Shown here piece after piece: positions 38,625 to 48,761 of a stretch of 64,000 bases of DNA (position 1 is the stretch's first letter; each line of letters opens with the position of its first letter). The stretch comes from an uncultured Spirochaetota bacterium (GTDB taxonomy: Bacteria; Spirochaetota; Spirochaetia; SZUA-6; DRHE01). The notes under the pieces were generated by a model, which saw only the letters and a program-made list of their open reading frames with translations, had not been told where the DNA came from and did not search any database. The stretch spans positions 62,049 to 126,048 of the forward strand of contig CAVUYS010000097.1 of assembly GCA_963745745.1 (NCBI GenBank). Direction: 5' to 3'. A program made the position numbers and the translations under genes.

Positions 38625-39932
38625 CTACTTGTTGATGCGCTCGAACTCGCGCAGCTTCTCGTTGCCCCGGCGGACCATGTCGTCCAGGCCCTGCTGCGGG
38701 GTCTTCTTCTCGCCGAGGATCGCCTCCCATTCCTCGTCGATGATCTCCCGGATCTGCGGCATGAAGCCGAAGCGGATGCCCAGGGTGTTCTGGGTGGGCG
38801 GCTTGTTCAGCAGCTGCTGGATGGCCACCTCGGGACCCGGATTCTCCTTGTAGTAGCCCTGGCTCTTGGTCAGCTCGTAGGCCGCCCTGGTGATGGGCAG
38901 GTAGCCGGTCTGCTGGTGCCAGAAGGCCTGGATCTCGGGGCTGGAGATGAAGGAGAAGAACCTGGCCACGGCCTTGTACTCCTCGCGGCTCTTCTTGCCC
39001 ATGACCCACAGGCTGGCGCCGCCGATGATGGAGTTCTGCGGCGCGCCCTGTCACGTCCGGATAGTAGGGCAGCCGGGCGACGCCGAAGTCGAACTTGCAG
39101 GTCGCCTTCATGTTGCCGTAGCCGCCGATGGACTCGAAGTGGATGGGCACCTGGCCGGAGGTGAACAGGGAGTTGGCCTTGTTCTCCCGGCCGCCGTACA
39201 CGAACACCTTCTCCTTGCTCAGGTTGTAGATGTTGGTGAAGTGCCGCACGCTGCAGCGGGCTGTTGATCACGAACTCGGTGTCGAGGCCGTCGAAGCCGT
39301 TGGACTTCGTGCCGTAGGGCAGGTTGTGCCAGGCGGAGAAGTTCTCGAGCTGGATCCAGGAGATCCAGTTGGTGGTGAAGCCGTCGTCGAAGCCGGCGGC
39401 TTTCAGCTTGCGCGCCGCCTCGAACAGCTCCGGCCAGGTGACCGGCGGCTTGTCGGGGTTCGAGGCCCGCTTTGCGGAAGGCGTCCTTGTTGTAGTAGAA
39501 GACGGCGGTGGAGGAGTTGTAGGGCATGGAGAGCATCTCGCCCTTGGAGGTGGAGTAATAGCCGGTGATCGTGGGGATGTAGGCCTTGGGGTCGAACTTC
39601 TCGCCCTGCTCGGCCATGAGCTGGTAAGACGGGCTTGATGGCTCCCTTGGCGGCCATCATGGTGGCGGTGCCCACCTCGTAGACCTGCAGGATGGCCGGG
39701 GGAGAGCCCGCGCGGAAGGCGGCGATGCCGGCGTTCATGGTGTCGGGATAGGAGCCCTTGTACACGGCCACGACCTTGTAGTCCGGCTGGCTGGCGTTGA
39801 ACTTTTCGCGATCGCCGCGGTGATCTCGCCGTTCTTGCCGCCCATGGCGTGCCAGAACTCGACGCTCACCGGCTGGGCGAACAGCCCGACCGCGGCGAGC
39901 GACAGCAGCGTGAGGACCAGAGCCTTTCTCAT
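38625..39932 (-). CDS. ugpB: sn-glycerol-3-phosphate ABC substrate-binding protein UgpB (several frameshifts)
   Basis: [39 protein letters not shown] and WHQQTGYLP distributed across frames. Confidence 0.88.
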
Positions 39933-39965
39933 ACGCGCCTCCTTCAGGGACTTTGATTTGAGGTG

Positions 39966-39993
39966 ATTATAGCACGCGTATCGAGGAAGGCAA
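39966..39993 (-). promoter_or_regulatory. Promoter of ugpBAE
   Basis: TTGCCT, 16 nt, TGn-TATAAT on the minus strand. Confidence 0.55.
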
Positions 39994-39996
39994 CCT

Positions 39997-42498
39997 TTAC
40001 TGGCTCTGCAGGCCCTTGAGGTCGGTGAGCAGCTGGCTCATCAGGGCGTCGCCGCGGCGGCGCTGGATCTCGGCGTCCAGGAACTGCCGGCGCTCCGGCG
40101 CGGCGCGACGCAGCGAGAGCTCGTAGAGAATATCGTTCACGTCCTCCAGGGCCCCAGTGCGCCCGGCCTGCTCGAAGCCCGCATCGTAGCGCTTGATGCG
40201 GTTCCACAGCCCGGGGAAGCTCTCCTCGCCGGAGGCCAGGAAGGCGTTCAGGTGCTGCTTGGCTTCCAGGAGGCCTTGTTCTTCGCCCCGCTCGGAAACC
40301 AGGGAGTCTTCCTTCGCCACGTAGTCGCGGTAGCTGGCCACAATGCGGTTGTAGCTGGCCTCGATGGCCTCCAGGCGGGCCAGCTTCTGCCTCATGACGT
40401 CGTCGTTGAGGAAGGCCGCCAGTTTGGTTTCGGCGTCCGTGGCCGCCTTGCGGGAGGCGGTGAGCTCCGCCCGCAGGGATTCCACCTCCGCCGACAGCAT
40501 GGTCTTTTCCCGCTGCAGGCTCTCGGTCAGCGCCACCCGGTCCTTCAGGTCCTGTTCCACCTTGGCCAGGGAAGTCCGCAGGCTTTCGGCCTCCGCGGCG
40601 CGCTGCTCCACCTGGCGGCTGCGCCCCGAGGTACCCCCGGTCCCGGCCACAGCCTCGGTCTGCCGGCTGAGGGCCTCCACCGAGCGCCCGATGCCCTGCA
40701 GGGCGTTGCTGACCTGGGCGCCGGCCGGGTACTTGTCCACCAGCTCCCCGAAGGCGGAAATCGCCTCCAGGTGGCGGCCCTGGGACTGCAGGCGCTCGGC
40801 CGCGGCCAGGGGGCGGGCAGCCGCGGCGGTGTCCCGCCTGCTGAAGCTGTCCGCAGCCAGCTCGTAGCCGGCCTGGCGCAGCTGCCCGACCAGCCGCTGG
40901 ACCACCGCGGGCTCCTCCGGCAGGTAGGACAGGGCGGCGGTGTAGCGCTCCACGGTCGCGGGGTAGTCCCGCGCCTCGAAGGCTGCCTGGGCGGAGGCCA
41001 GGGCCTGGCGCAGCGCCTCCCGGCGGGCCTGGTCGGCCGCCTCCGATGCCCGGGCCTCCTGCGCGGCCAGGGCGGCTTCCGCCTCCGCTTCCAGCTGGCG
41101 CCGCTGCCGGTCCTGCAGGTAGCGGTGGGCCTTGTCCACCTCCGGCACCAGGGCCAGGGCCTCGGCGTACTCCTTCTCCGCCCCGGCGGTGTCGGCGCGG
41201 GCCAGCAGCGCGTCGCCGTCCTGGACGCGCTTGCGCAGCTCGGTGAGCAGGTTGGCCGCGGCCACCAGGGTGGTGGTGTCCGCCGAGCCCTTGCGCATTT
41301 CCCCGCGCACCAGGCTGGCCAGGGAGTCCACCACGAAGAACTCCACCTCGCGGCGCTGCTGGATGCCCGGCAGCGCCCCGATGGCCGGGTCGTCCAGGTA
41401 CTGGCGGATGCCCTCCAGGTTGGTCAGGGCCCGCTCCAGCATGCTGGCCTGCATGTCCTGCTTCACCCGGTCGTAGAAGCCGATGAGCTGGCTGGCGGCC
41501 ATCTGCTCCTTGTCGCGCTGCTCGGAAATCCGGGCCAGCTCCTGCCGCGCCTGCAGGCTCTCGGCCTCCAGGGCTTCGGCCCGGGCGGCGAGCTGGCCGC
41601 GCAGCTCCTCCTCCCGCTGGCGGGATTCGCTCAAGACCTGCTGGCGCTCCTCGCTGGCCCTGGCCAGGCTGGCCTGGAACTCCTGCTGCATGGTCTTGAG
41701 GTTGTTCTCGGTGGCCAGGCGCTCTTCCTCGGCCTGCCGCCGGAAGGCGTTCAACTGGGCCTGGAACTCGCCGGTCTTCTGCGCCTCCAGGGCCACCAGC
41801 CGGCGGTTGATGTCGTCCTCGGAAACCCCCTGGCGGCGCAGACGCTGGCGCTCCTGCTCCAGGGCCGCCTCCATGCCCTGACGCAGCTCCTGCTCCCGGG
41901 ACGCCACCTTGGCGTCCATGTTGGCCACCAGGTCGCGGCGCTGCTCGTCGATCTCGGAGAGCTGGCCCTGGATCTGGGAGATTTCCCGGTTCTTGGCCAG
42001 CAGCTTCTCCTCGGCTTCCTTCTTGAGCTGCTCGATCAGCTTGCCTTCGGCCGAGGTGATGGTGAGCGTTTCCTCTTTGAGGGTGGTCTCCCCGCGCTGG
42101 AAGAAGTAGTAGAGCACCAGCCCGCCCACGGCCAGCAGGGCCACGGCCACCAGGTTCACCAGCAGCGGCATGAACACGCCCTTGCGCTCGGCGTGCAGCA
42201 CGAAGGCCTGCGGGCCGGCGGTGAGCTTGTTCTCGCTGGCGGCCTTCTCGATTTCCTGGAGGATGCCCTTCTGGTCTTCCTTGGAAATGCCGGAGTCTTC
42301 GTCGAAGACGATCTCCCCGCTCGCGGTGAGCTCGGCCGGCGGGCCGGCGGGCGAGCTTTCCACCGGCAGCAGGTCGGTGGGCTCCTCGGGGAGCGGAGGG
42401 CCGGCGGGAGCGCCCGCGGGCGCCGGCGGGCCGGCGGGCGGGCCGCCGCCGCCCGGGTTGGCCATCATGGCCTTGGCCTTCTCGAACAGCCCGCTCAT
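39997..42498 (-). CDS. Single-TM, very long coiled-coil/TPR hypothetical protein; paralog of 1100-2677
   Basis: Starts MSGLFEKAK (ATGA overlap with the cyclase stop); Pro-rich N-terminus, KGVFMPLLVNL TM, SAEGKLIE and long heptad repeats. Confidence 0.8.
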   Translation of the reverse strand: MSGLFEKAKAMMANPGGGGPPAGPPAPAGAPAGPPLPEEPTDLLPVESSPAGPPAELTASGEIVFDEDSGISKEDQKGILQEIEKAASENKLTAGPQAFVLHAERKGVFMPLLVNLVAVALLAVGGLVLYYFFQRGETTLKEETLTITSAEGKLIEQLKKEAEEKLLAKNREISQIQGQLSEIDEQRRDLVANMDAKVASREQELRQGMEAALEQERQRLRRQGVSEDDINRRLVALEAQKTGEFQAQLNAFRRQAEEERLATENNLKTMQQEFQASLARASEERQQVLSESRQREEELRGQLAARAEALEAESLQARQELARISEQRDKEQMAASQLIGFYDRVKQDMQASMLERALTNLEGIRQYLDDPAIGALPGIQQRREVEFFVVDSLASLVRGEMRKGSADTTTLVAAANLLTELRKRVQDGDALLARADTAGAEKEYAEALALVPEVDKAHRYLQDRQRRQLEAEAEAALAAQEARASEAADQARREALRQALASAQAAFEARDYPATVERYTAALSYLPEEPAVVQRLVGQLRQAGYELAADSFSRRDTAAAARPLAAAERLQSQGRHLEAISAFGELVDKYPAGAQVSNALQGIGRSVEALSRQTEAVAGTGGTSGRSRQVEQRAAEAESLRTSLAKVEQDLKDRVALTESLQREKTMLSAEVESLRAELTASRKAATDAETKLAAFLNDDVMRQKLARLEAIEASYNRIVASYRDYVAKEDSLVSERGEEQGLLEAKQHLNAFLASGEESFPGLWNRIKRYDAGFEQAGRTGALEDVNDILYELSLRRAAPERRQFLDAEIQRRRGDALMSQLLTDLKGLQSQ

Positions 42499-44154
42499 TT
42501 GTGCTCCATGACGGTCACCCCGTCCCAATCCCTGGGCGGCGGGTTCTGCAGGAAGTTGCGGCAACGGCTCTCCAGCAGGCCGGCGGCATAGTCCTGGGGC
42601 AGGATGCTCTGCACCTTCTGGAAGCTCTCGGCCGCGGCCCCGAAGTCGCGGTTGTAGTACATCTCCATGGCCCCGTTGTGCAGGCCCCAGGCCTCGGACT
42701 CCGCGTCGCCCAGCTTCCGGCGGGCGGTGTAGATCTTGACCCCCTGCTTCTTGCCCTTGACCGCCACGCTGTCGATCAGCCGGAAAGGCACCTTGTCGGC
42801 CACCCGGGTCTGCAGCCCCTCGGAGATCAGCAGGGGCTGGCGGTACTCCTTGGTCAGGCCCTCCAGGCGGGAGGCCAGGTTCACCATGTCGCCGATGATC
42901 GTGTAGTTCATCTTGGTGTCGGTGCCGATGTTGCCCACCGTGACCACCCCGTAGTTGATGCCGATGCCGATGCGCCACTCCGGCTTGCCCAGGCGGGCCT
43001 GGTTGGCGTTGAAGCTGGCCAGGGCCTCGTCCATCTCGATGCCGGCCAGCACCGACTGCAGCGGCGTCGTCCTCGTGCTTCACCGGGGCGCCGAAGAAGG
43101 CCATGATGGCGTCGCCGATGTACTTGTCGACCGTGCCCTTGCGGTCCTGGATGATCTTCACCATCACGGAGAAGTAGCGGTTCAGGTTGCTGACCAGGTC
43201 GTCCGGGGCCATCTTCTCGGAAATGCTGGTGAAGCTGCGGATGTCGGAGAACAGCACCGACAGCACCCGGTTGTCCCCGATCAGCATGCCCTCGGGGTTC
43301 TTGAAGAACTCGTCGATCACTTCACCCGGGACGTACTTCTGGAAGATGTTGCGGATCTTGTACTCGCGATTCTTGGCCAGCGCCGCCTTGAAGGCGTAGC
43401 GCTTGATGTCGTTGTAGGCCTTCTCCAGCTGCCCGACCATGAGGTTGAAGGTGTGGGCCAGCTGGCCGATCTCGTCGTGGTACTCCACGGCCACCCGGTT
43501 GGACAGGTCGCCGGTGCGGATGATCTTCTCCATGGTGCCGACCACCTTGGTCAGCGGCCGGGTCAGGTAGTTGGCGAACAGCATGATCAGCACGATCCCG
43601 GCCAGGATGGCCCCGCCCAGGATGTAGAGGGTGCGCGTGGTGATCTGGCTGACCCGGCTGTAGAAGGTGGCCCGCTGCTCGCTCACCACCAGGTACCAGC
43701 CGAAGGGCTCGAACCAGAAGCCCTTGACCACCCGGTCCGCCCCGCCGATGCGCGGGGTGGCCAGCTCCCGCTTGCGCCCGGCGACCAGCGCCGCCAGGGC
43801 GGCCTTCTCCCCGGGTCGGACCTCCAGCTCGCCGGTCTGCATGGCCAGCTCCCCCTGGGCGTCCAGGGCGAAGATCACCTCCGTCGGGCTGCGCACGATG
43901 CTGGCCGCGTAACTCTCGATGGCCGCCTGGGTGGCGGCCACCATGGCGGGATTCTCGGTGAAGTTGTTCTCCACCAGCAGGCCCCACTGGCCGGCGGCGT
44001 ACTTCTCCAGCTCCACGGCCTTGAAGCCCAGGAACTCCTTGGCCACCCCGGTGATGGCGTTGGTGGCCGAAAAGAAGGAGGAGGCCCCCGTCAGCAGCAG
44101 GGTCGTGATGATCAGGGGCAGTACTACCAGTATAATCTTCGCACGGATGCCCAT
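42495..44154 (-). CDS. Membrane HAMP class III adenylate cyclase (frameshift near 43060); paralog of 2746-4404
   Basis: FSDIRSFT, DKYIGDAIMAFFG, NYTIIGDMVNLASRLEGLTK and PPRDWDG. Confidence 0.92.
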
Positions 44155-44228
44155 GCGTTTCTCTTATCGGAGCGCCAGGGTATTAACTCTACTACTATAG
44201 CCCGCCTGGCGGAAAATCACAATGAAAA

Positions 44229-45303
44229 TCACGCCTGGTGGGACTGGTAGGCCTGTTCCAGCAGCCGTTCGGTGGTCTCCCAGCCGATGCAGGGGTCGGT
44301 GATGGAGACCCCGTACTCCAGCTGGCGGGGGTCCGCCGGGATGGGCTGCCGGCCCTCCTTCAGGTTGCTCTCCAGCATGAAGCCGATCAGCTCCCGGCAG
44401 CCCGAACGGCGGGTGGCCAGCAGGCTGGCCAGGACCTCTTCCTGCCGCGCCGGCTGCTTCTCGGAGTTGCCGTGGCTGCAGTCCACCATGATGGCCGGAT
44501 CGAAGCCCGCCTCCTTCAGCAGCTCCGAGGCGTACACGACGTCGGGCTTGCGGTAGTTGGCGCCGGTGCGGCTGCCGCGCAGGATGATATGGGTGTCCTC
44601 GTTGCCCGCCGTTTCCAGCAGGCTGGTCTGGCCACGCGGGTCGATGCCGATGAAGTGGTGCGGCTGGCGCGCCGCCGCCATGGCCTCCACGGCGATCTGC
44701 AGGTTGCCGTCGGTGGAGTTCTTGAAGCCCACCGGCATGGAAAGCCCGCTGACCATGTTGCGGTGCGTCTGGCTCTCGGTGGTGCGCGCCCCGATGGCCG
44801 CCCAGCCGATCAGGTCGGCGATGTACTGCGGCACGATGGGGTCCAGCATTTCGGTTCCCGCCCCCAGGCCCAGCCCGGCGATCTCCAGCAGCAGCCGGCG
44901 GGCCAGCTCCAGCCCGGCGCCGATGTCGTAGGTGCCGTTGAGCCGGGGGTCGATGATCAGCCCGCGCCAGCCCAGGCTGGTGCGCGGCTTCTCGAAGTAC
45001 ACGCGCATGACGATGTGCAGCTTGGCCTGAGTAGCGCTTCTGCAGGGCCTTCAGGCGACGGGCGTAGTCCAGGGCCGCCTGGGAGTCGTGGATCGAGCAG
45101 GGCCCCACTACCGCCAGCAGGCGGGTGTCCTGGTGGCGCAGGATCCCGCGGATGGCCTCCCGGCACTCCACCACGGCGGCCGCGGCCTTCTCGCTCAGGG
45201 GAAGGCGATCGACCAGCTCCTGGGGGCTGATCAGGGGAGAAATCGAGCGGATCCGTAGGTCGCTGGTCCTCTGCACGCGGCTGCTCCGGGGCCAGTATTC
45301 CAT
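44229..45303 (-). CDS. 3-deoxy-7-phosphoheptulonate (DAHP) synthase, type I-alpha (frameshift near 45025)
   Basis: VVGPCSIHD, MRVYFEKPRT, AIGARTTESQTHR, DCSHGNS and YGVSITDPC. Confidence 0.93.
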
Positions 45304-45350
45304 TTTCGCCCCCCCGTGTACAGGCCCGCGAATTGTGCTACGATCGGGCC

Positions 45351-46598
45351 ATGAGAGCAGCGCCCGTCCTGTCCACCCTCGCCGCGGCCGTCCTGGCCGC
45401 CAGCCTGAGCTCCTGCCTGAGCTTCCAGGACAACATGATGAATGCCCGGCAGACCGCGGCCTCCCTTAACGCCGCCCAGCGCGACACGGCCGACGAGCTC
45501 TACAACGCGGGGGAGTACCAGCAGGCGATCACCGCCTACGACCAGGTGCTGGTGAATGACCCGCAGGATTCCTATGCCTACGGGCAGCGCGGGGACTGCT
45601 ACCGCCTGCTGTCCCGGTACGACGAGGCCATCGCCGACTTCTCGCGGGCCCTCGAGCTGAACCCCGGGAACTCCTGGGCCCTGGCCCACCGCGGGGAGTG
45701 CTGGCGGGCCAAGGAGCAGTACGAACGGGCCCTGGAGGACCTGGACCGCTCCCTGTCGATGGAGCCGGACTTCGCCTGGGCCCTGGCCAGCCGGGCCGAT
45801 GCCCTGCGCATGCTGGAGCGCTACGACCGGGCCCTGGCGGACTTCTCCCGTGCCATCGAGCTGGACCCCGACTACCAGTGGGCCCTGGCCCGGCGCGGCG
45901 AGGCCTACCGCCTGACCGCCGACTACCCCCGCGCCCTGGCGGACCTGAACCGGGCCGTCGAGCTGGCCCCCGGCGACTCCTATCCCTACGCCAGCCGGGG
46001 CCAGGTATACCGGGAAATGGGCGAGCTGGACAAAGCCCTGGCCGACTTCGACCAGGCCATCGAGATCGACCCGGAGTACAAATGGGCCAAGGACCGCCGC
46101 ACCGAGCTGTACGCCGAGCTGGCCGGGACCGGCGAGGAGCCTGCCGGCGAGGCGCCCACCGGCGAGCCTGCCGCGGGCGCCGGGGTCGCGCGGCCGACCG
46201 GTCCCCTGCCCCTGATCACCGTCCTGGACTTTTCGATCGAGAACATCCCCAAGTCGGACGGCAGGCTGATCGTGGACCTGGTGTTCAGCGCCCTGGTCTC
46301 GGCGCGCAGGTACCGCGTGCTGGACCGCGGGCAGCGGGACAACATCCTCAAGGAGGTGGAGTTCTCGCTGTCCCAGTGCGCGGACGAGAAATGCCAGCTG
46401 GAGATCGGCCGCCTGCTGGCCGCGGACCGGATCGTGGTGGGCAGCCTGGGCAAGGTGGGCCAGCGCTACATCCTGAACGCCAAGATGCTGGACGTGCGCA
46501 CCGGGGAAGCCCTGTCCACCGCCTACAAGCTGTTCGGCACCATCGAGGAGCTGGTCGACGGGGCGGAGGAAGTGGCCCAAACCCTGGGCGAGGGCTGA
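45351..46598 (+). CDS. TPR lipoprotein with a C-terminal CsgG/DUF2380-like domain
   Basis: Lipobox SLSSC, about six 34-aa TPR repeats, and C-terminal VLDF...RVLDR...IGRLLAADRIVVGSLG. Confidence 0.85.
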   Translation: MRAAPVLSTLAAAVLAASLSSCLSFQDNMMNARQTAASLNAAQRDTADELYNAGEYQQAITAYDQVLVNDPQDSYAYGQRGDCYRLLSRYDEAIADFSRALELNPGNSWALAHRGECWRAKEQYERALEDLDRSLSMEPDFAWALASRADALRMLERYDRALADFSRAIELDPDYQWALARRGEAYRLTADYPRALADLNRAVELAPGDSYPYASRGQVYREMGELDKALADFDQAIEIDPEYKWAKDRRTELYAELAGTGEEPAGEAPTGEPAAGAGVARPTGPLPLITVLDFSIENIPKSDGRLIVDLVFSALVSARRYRVLDRGQRDNILKEVEFSLSQCADEKCQLEIGRLLAADRIVVGSLGKVGQRYILNAKMLDVRTGEALSTAYKLFGTIEELVDGAEEVAQTLGEG

Positions 46599-46607
46599 GC
46601 TCAGGCG

Positions 46608-47960
46608 ATGCCGGACTGGTCCTGGGAAGCCTTCTTCTACCACGTCTATCCGCTCGGGTTCTGCGGGGCCCCGGAGCGCAATGACTTCTCCTCCCCTCCC
46701 TCCCCGCGGCTGGAGCGCCTCGGCGGCTGGCTGGACCATTTCGCGAAGCTCGGGGTGAACGCCCTGTACCTGGGGCCGCTGTTCGAGTCCACCAGCCACG
46801 GCTACGACACGGCCGACTACCGCCGGGTGGACCGGCGCCTGGGCGACAACGCCACTCTTTCCGCCCTGTCAGCAGAGCTGCACCGCCGCGGCATCCGCCT
46901 GGTCCTGGACGGCGTGTTCCATCACGTCGGCCGCGACTTCTGGGCCTTCCGCGACCTGCTGGCCCAGGGGCAGGCCTCCCCGTACCGCGACTGGTTCTGC
47001 GGCGTGGATTTCCGCGCCCGCAGCCCCCTGGGCGACCCCTTCCTCTACGACAACTGGGAAGGGCACGCCGAACTGGTCAAGCTCAACGCGGGCAACCCGC
47101 AGGTCAGGGCGCACCTCCTGGAAGCGGTGGAGGGCTGGATCCGGGAGTTCCACCTCGACGGGCTGCGCCTGGACGTGGCCTACCTGCTGGAGGAGGGCTT
47201 CCTGCGCGAGCTGGCCGAGCGCTGCCGGGCCCTGAATCCGGACTTCTGGCTGCTCGGCGAGGTGATCCACGGGGACTACCGGCGCTGGCTGGCCCCGGGG
47301 CTCCTGGACTCGGTCACCAACTACGAGTGCTACAAGGGGCTGTATTCCAGCCACAACGACCGCAACTACTTCGAGATCGCCTACTCCCTGAACCGCCAGT
47401 TCGGGGAGCGCGGCCTGTACCGGGATCTGCCGCTGTACAACTTCGCCGACAACCACGACGTGGACCGGGTGGCCACCAGCCTGCGCGAGCCGGCGCACCT
47501 GTACCCCCTGTACTGCCTGCTGTTCACCATGCCGGGGGTGCCCAGCCTCTATTACGGCAGCGAATGGGGCATCACCGGAGCCAGGAGCGCGGGCAGCGAC
47601 CAGGCGCTGCGCCCCAGCCTGGAGCTGGAAACGGTAGCCCGCGAAAGCCCGAACCGGGAGCTGGCCCCGGCGATCACCCGCCTGGCCAGGCTGCGTGCGG
47701 ACAGCCGCGCGTTGCGCCGGGGAGGCTACCGCCAGCTTTTCGTGGGCCCGGAGCAGTTCGCCTTCGAGCGGCGCTGCTCAGAAGAGGCGGTCATCGTGGC
47801 GGCCAACGCCTCCGCCCAACCCGCGTCGCTGGTCCTGCCGGTGGACCCGGGCACGGCATTCACCGACCTGCTGGACGGCGGGGAAGACCTCACGGCCGAC
47901 GGCGGGCGCCTGCGCCTGCAGGTCCCGCCGCGCTGGGCCCGCGTCCTGCGAATCGCCTGA
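46608..47960 (+). CDS. GH13 alpha-amylase family (cyclomaltodextrinase/neopullulanase-like)
   Basis: HGYDT, DGVFHH, DGLRLDVA, GEVIH, NHD and YYGSE. Confidence 0.93.
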   Translation: MPDWSWEAFFYHVYPLGFCGAPERNDFSSPPSPRLERLGGWLDHFAKLGVNALYLGPLFESTSHGYDTADYRRVDRRLGDNATLSALSAELHRRGIRLVLDGVFHHVGRDFWAFRDLLAQGQASPYRDWFCGVDFRARSPLGDPFLYDNWEGHAELVKLNAGNPQVRAHLLEAVEGWIREFHLDGLRLDVAYLLEEGFLRELAERCRALNPDFWLLGEVIHGDYRRWLAPGLLDSVTNYECYKGLYSSHNDRNYFEIAYSLNRQFGERGLYRDLPLYNFADNHDVDRVATSLREPAHLYPLYCLLFTMPGVPSLYYGSEWGITGARSAGSDQALRPSLELETVARESPNRELAPAITRLARLRADSRALRRGGYRQLFVGPEQFAFERRCSEEAVIVAANASAQPASLVLPVDPGTAFTDLLDGGEDLTADGGRLRLQVPPRWARVLRIA

Positions 47961-47978
47961 GGCCGCCCCGCCAGCGGG

Positions 47979-48677
47979 CTACCTCTTCTTTTCCCAGAGC
48001 AGCCGATACACGTAGCCGGCGATCACGGCTCCGGCAATGGGGGCGAACCAGAACAGCCAGAGCTGTTTCAGAGCCCAGCCGCCCACGAACACCGCGGGCC
48101 CGGTGGAGCGCGCCGGGTTCACGGAGGTGTTGGTCACCGGGATGCTGATCAGGTGGATCAGGGTGAGGGCCAGGCCGATGGCCACCGGAGCCAGCCCCTG
48201 GGGCGCCCGCTTGTCGGTGGCGCCCATGATGACGATCAGGAATCCGAAGCTCAGCACCAGCTCGATGACCAGGCCGGCCAGCAGGGTGTAGTGCCCCGGG
48301 GAGTGGGCGCCATAGCCGTTGGCCGCCAGGCCGCCGCTCAGCTTGAAGCCCGCCCTGCCGCTGGCGATCAGCCACAGCGCCGCGGCCCCGACGATCCCGC
48401 CCAGCACCTGGGCAATGAGATAGTACGGCACGTCCTTGGCGGGAAAGCGGCGGCCCGCCCACAGGCCGAGGGTCACGGCCGGATTCAGGTGACAGCCGGA
48501 AATATGGCCGATGGCGTAGGCCATGGTGAGAACGGTGAGGCCGAAGGCCAGGGAAACCCCCAGCAGCCCGATGCCCACCCCGGGGAAGGCCGACGCCAAA
48601 ACGGCGCTGCCGCATCCGCCGAATACAAGCCAAAAAGTCCCCAGCAACTCCGCCCCAGCCCGCTTCATGATCGGCAT
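47979..48677 (-). CDS. aqpZ: Aquaporin Z
   Basis: [28 protein letters not shown] and [13 protein letters not shown]; RBS GGAGG. Confidence 0.95.
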   Translation of the reverse strand: MPIMKRAGAELLGTFWLVFGGCGSAVLASAFPGVGIGLLGVSLAFGLTVLTMAYAIGHISGCHLNPAVTLGLWAGRRFPAKDVPYYLIAQVLGGIVGAAALWLIASGRAGFKLSGGLAANGYGAHSPGHYTLLAGLVIELVLSFGFLIVIMGATDKRAPQGLAPVAIGLALTLIHLISIPVTNTSVNPARSTGPAVFVGGWALKQLWLFWFAPIAGAVIAGYVYRLLWEKKR

Positions 48678-48761
48678 ATGGACCTCCTCCAGGCGAACGA
48701 TTATAGAACCGCCGCGGCTGCCGCGCAAGCAATCGCCGGATTGCATGGTATAGTATGGTTC

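Noticed and set aside
39997-44154. 1385-aa cyclase-coiled-coil fusion
   Set aside because: The frameshift near 43060 diverts the frame. The true cyclase C-terminus is in ORF 42495-43052, and the second gene starts at 42498.
45480-46090. Roughly 102-nt periodic repeats as a CRISPR or DNA repeat array
   Set aside because: They are degenerate in-frame TPR coding repeats.
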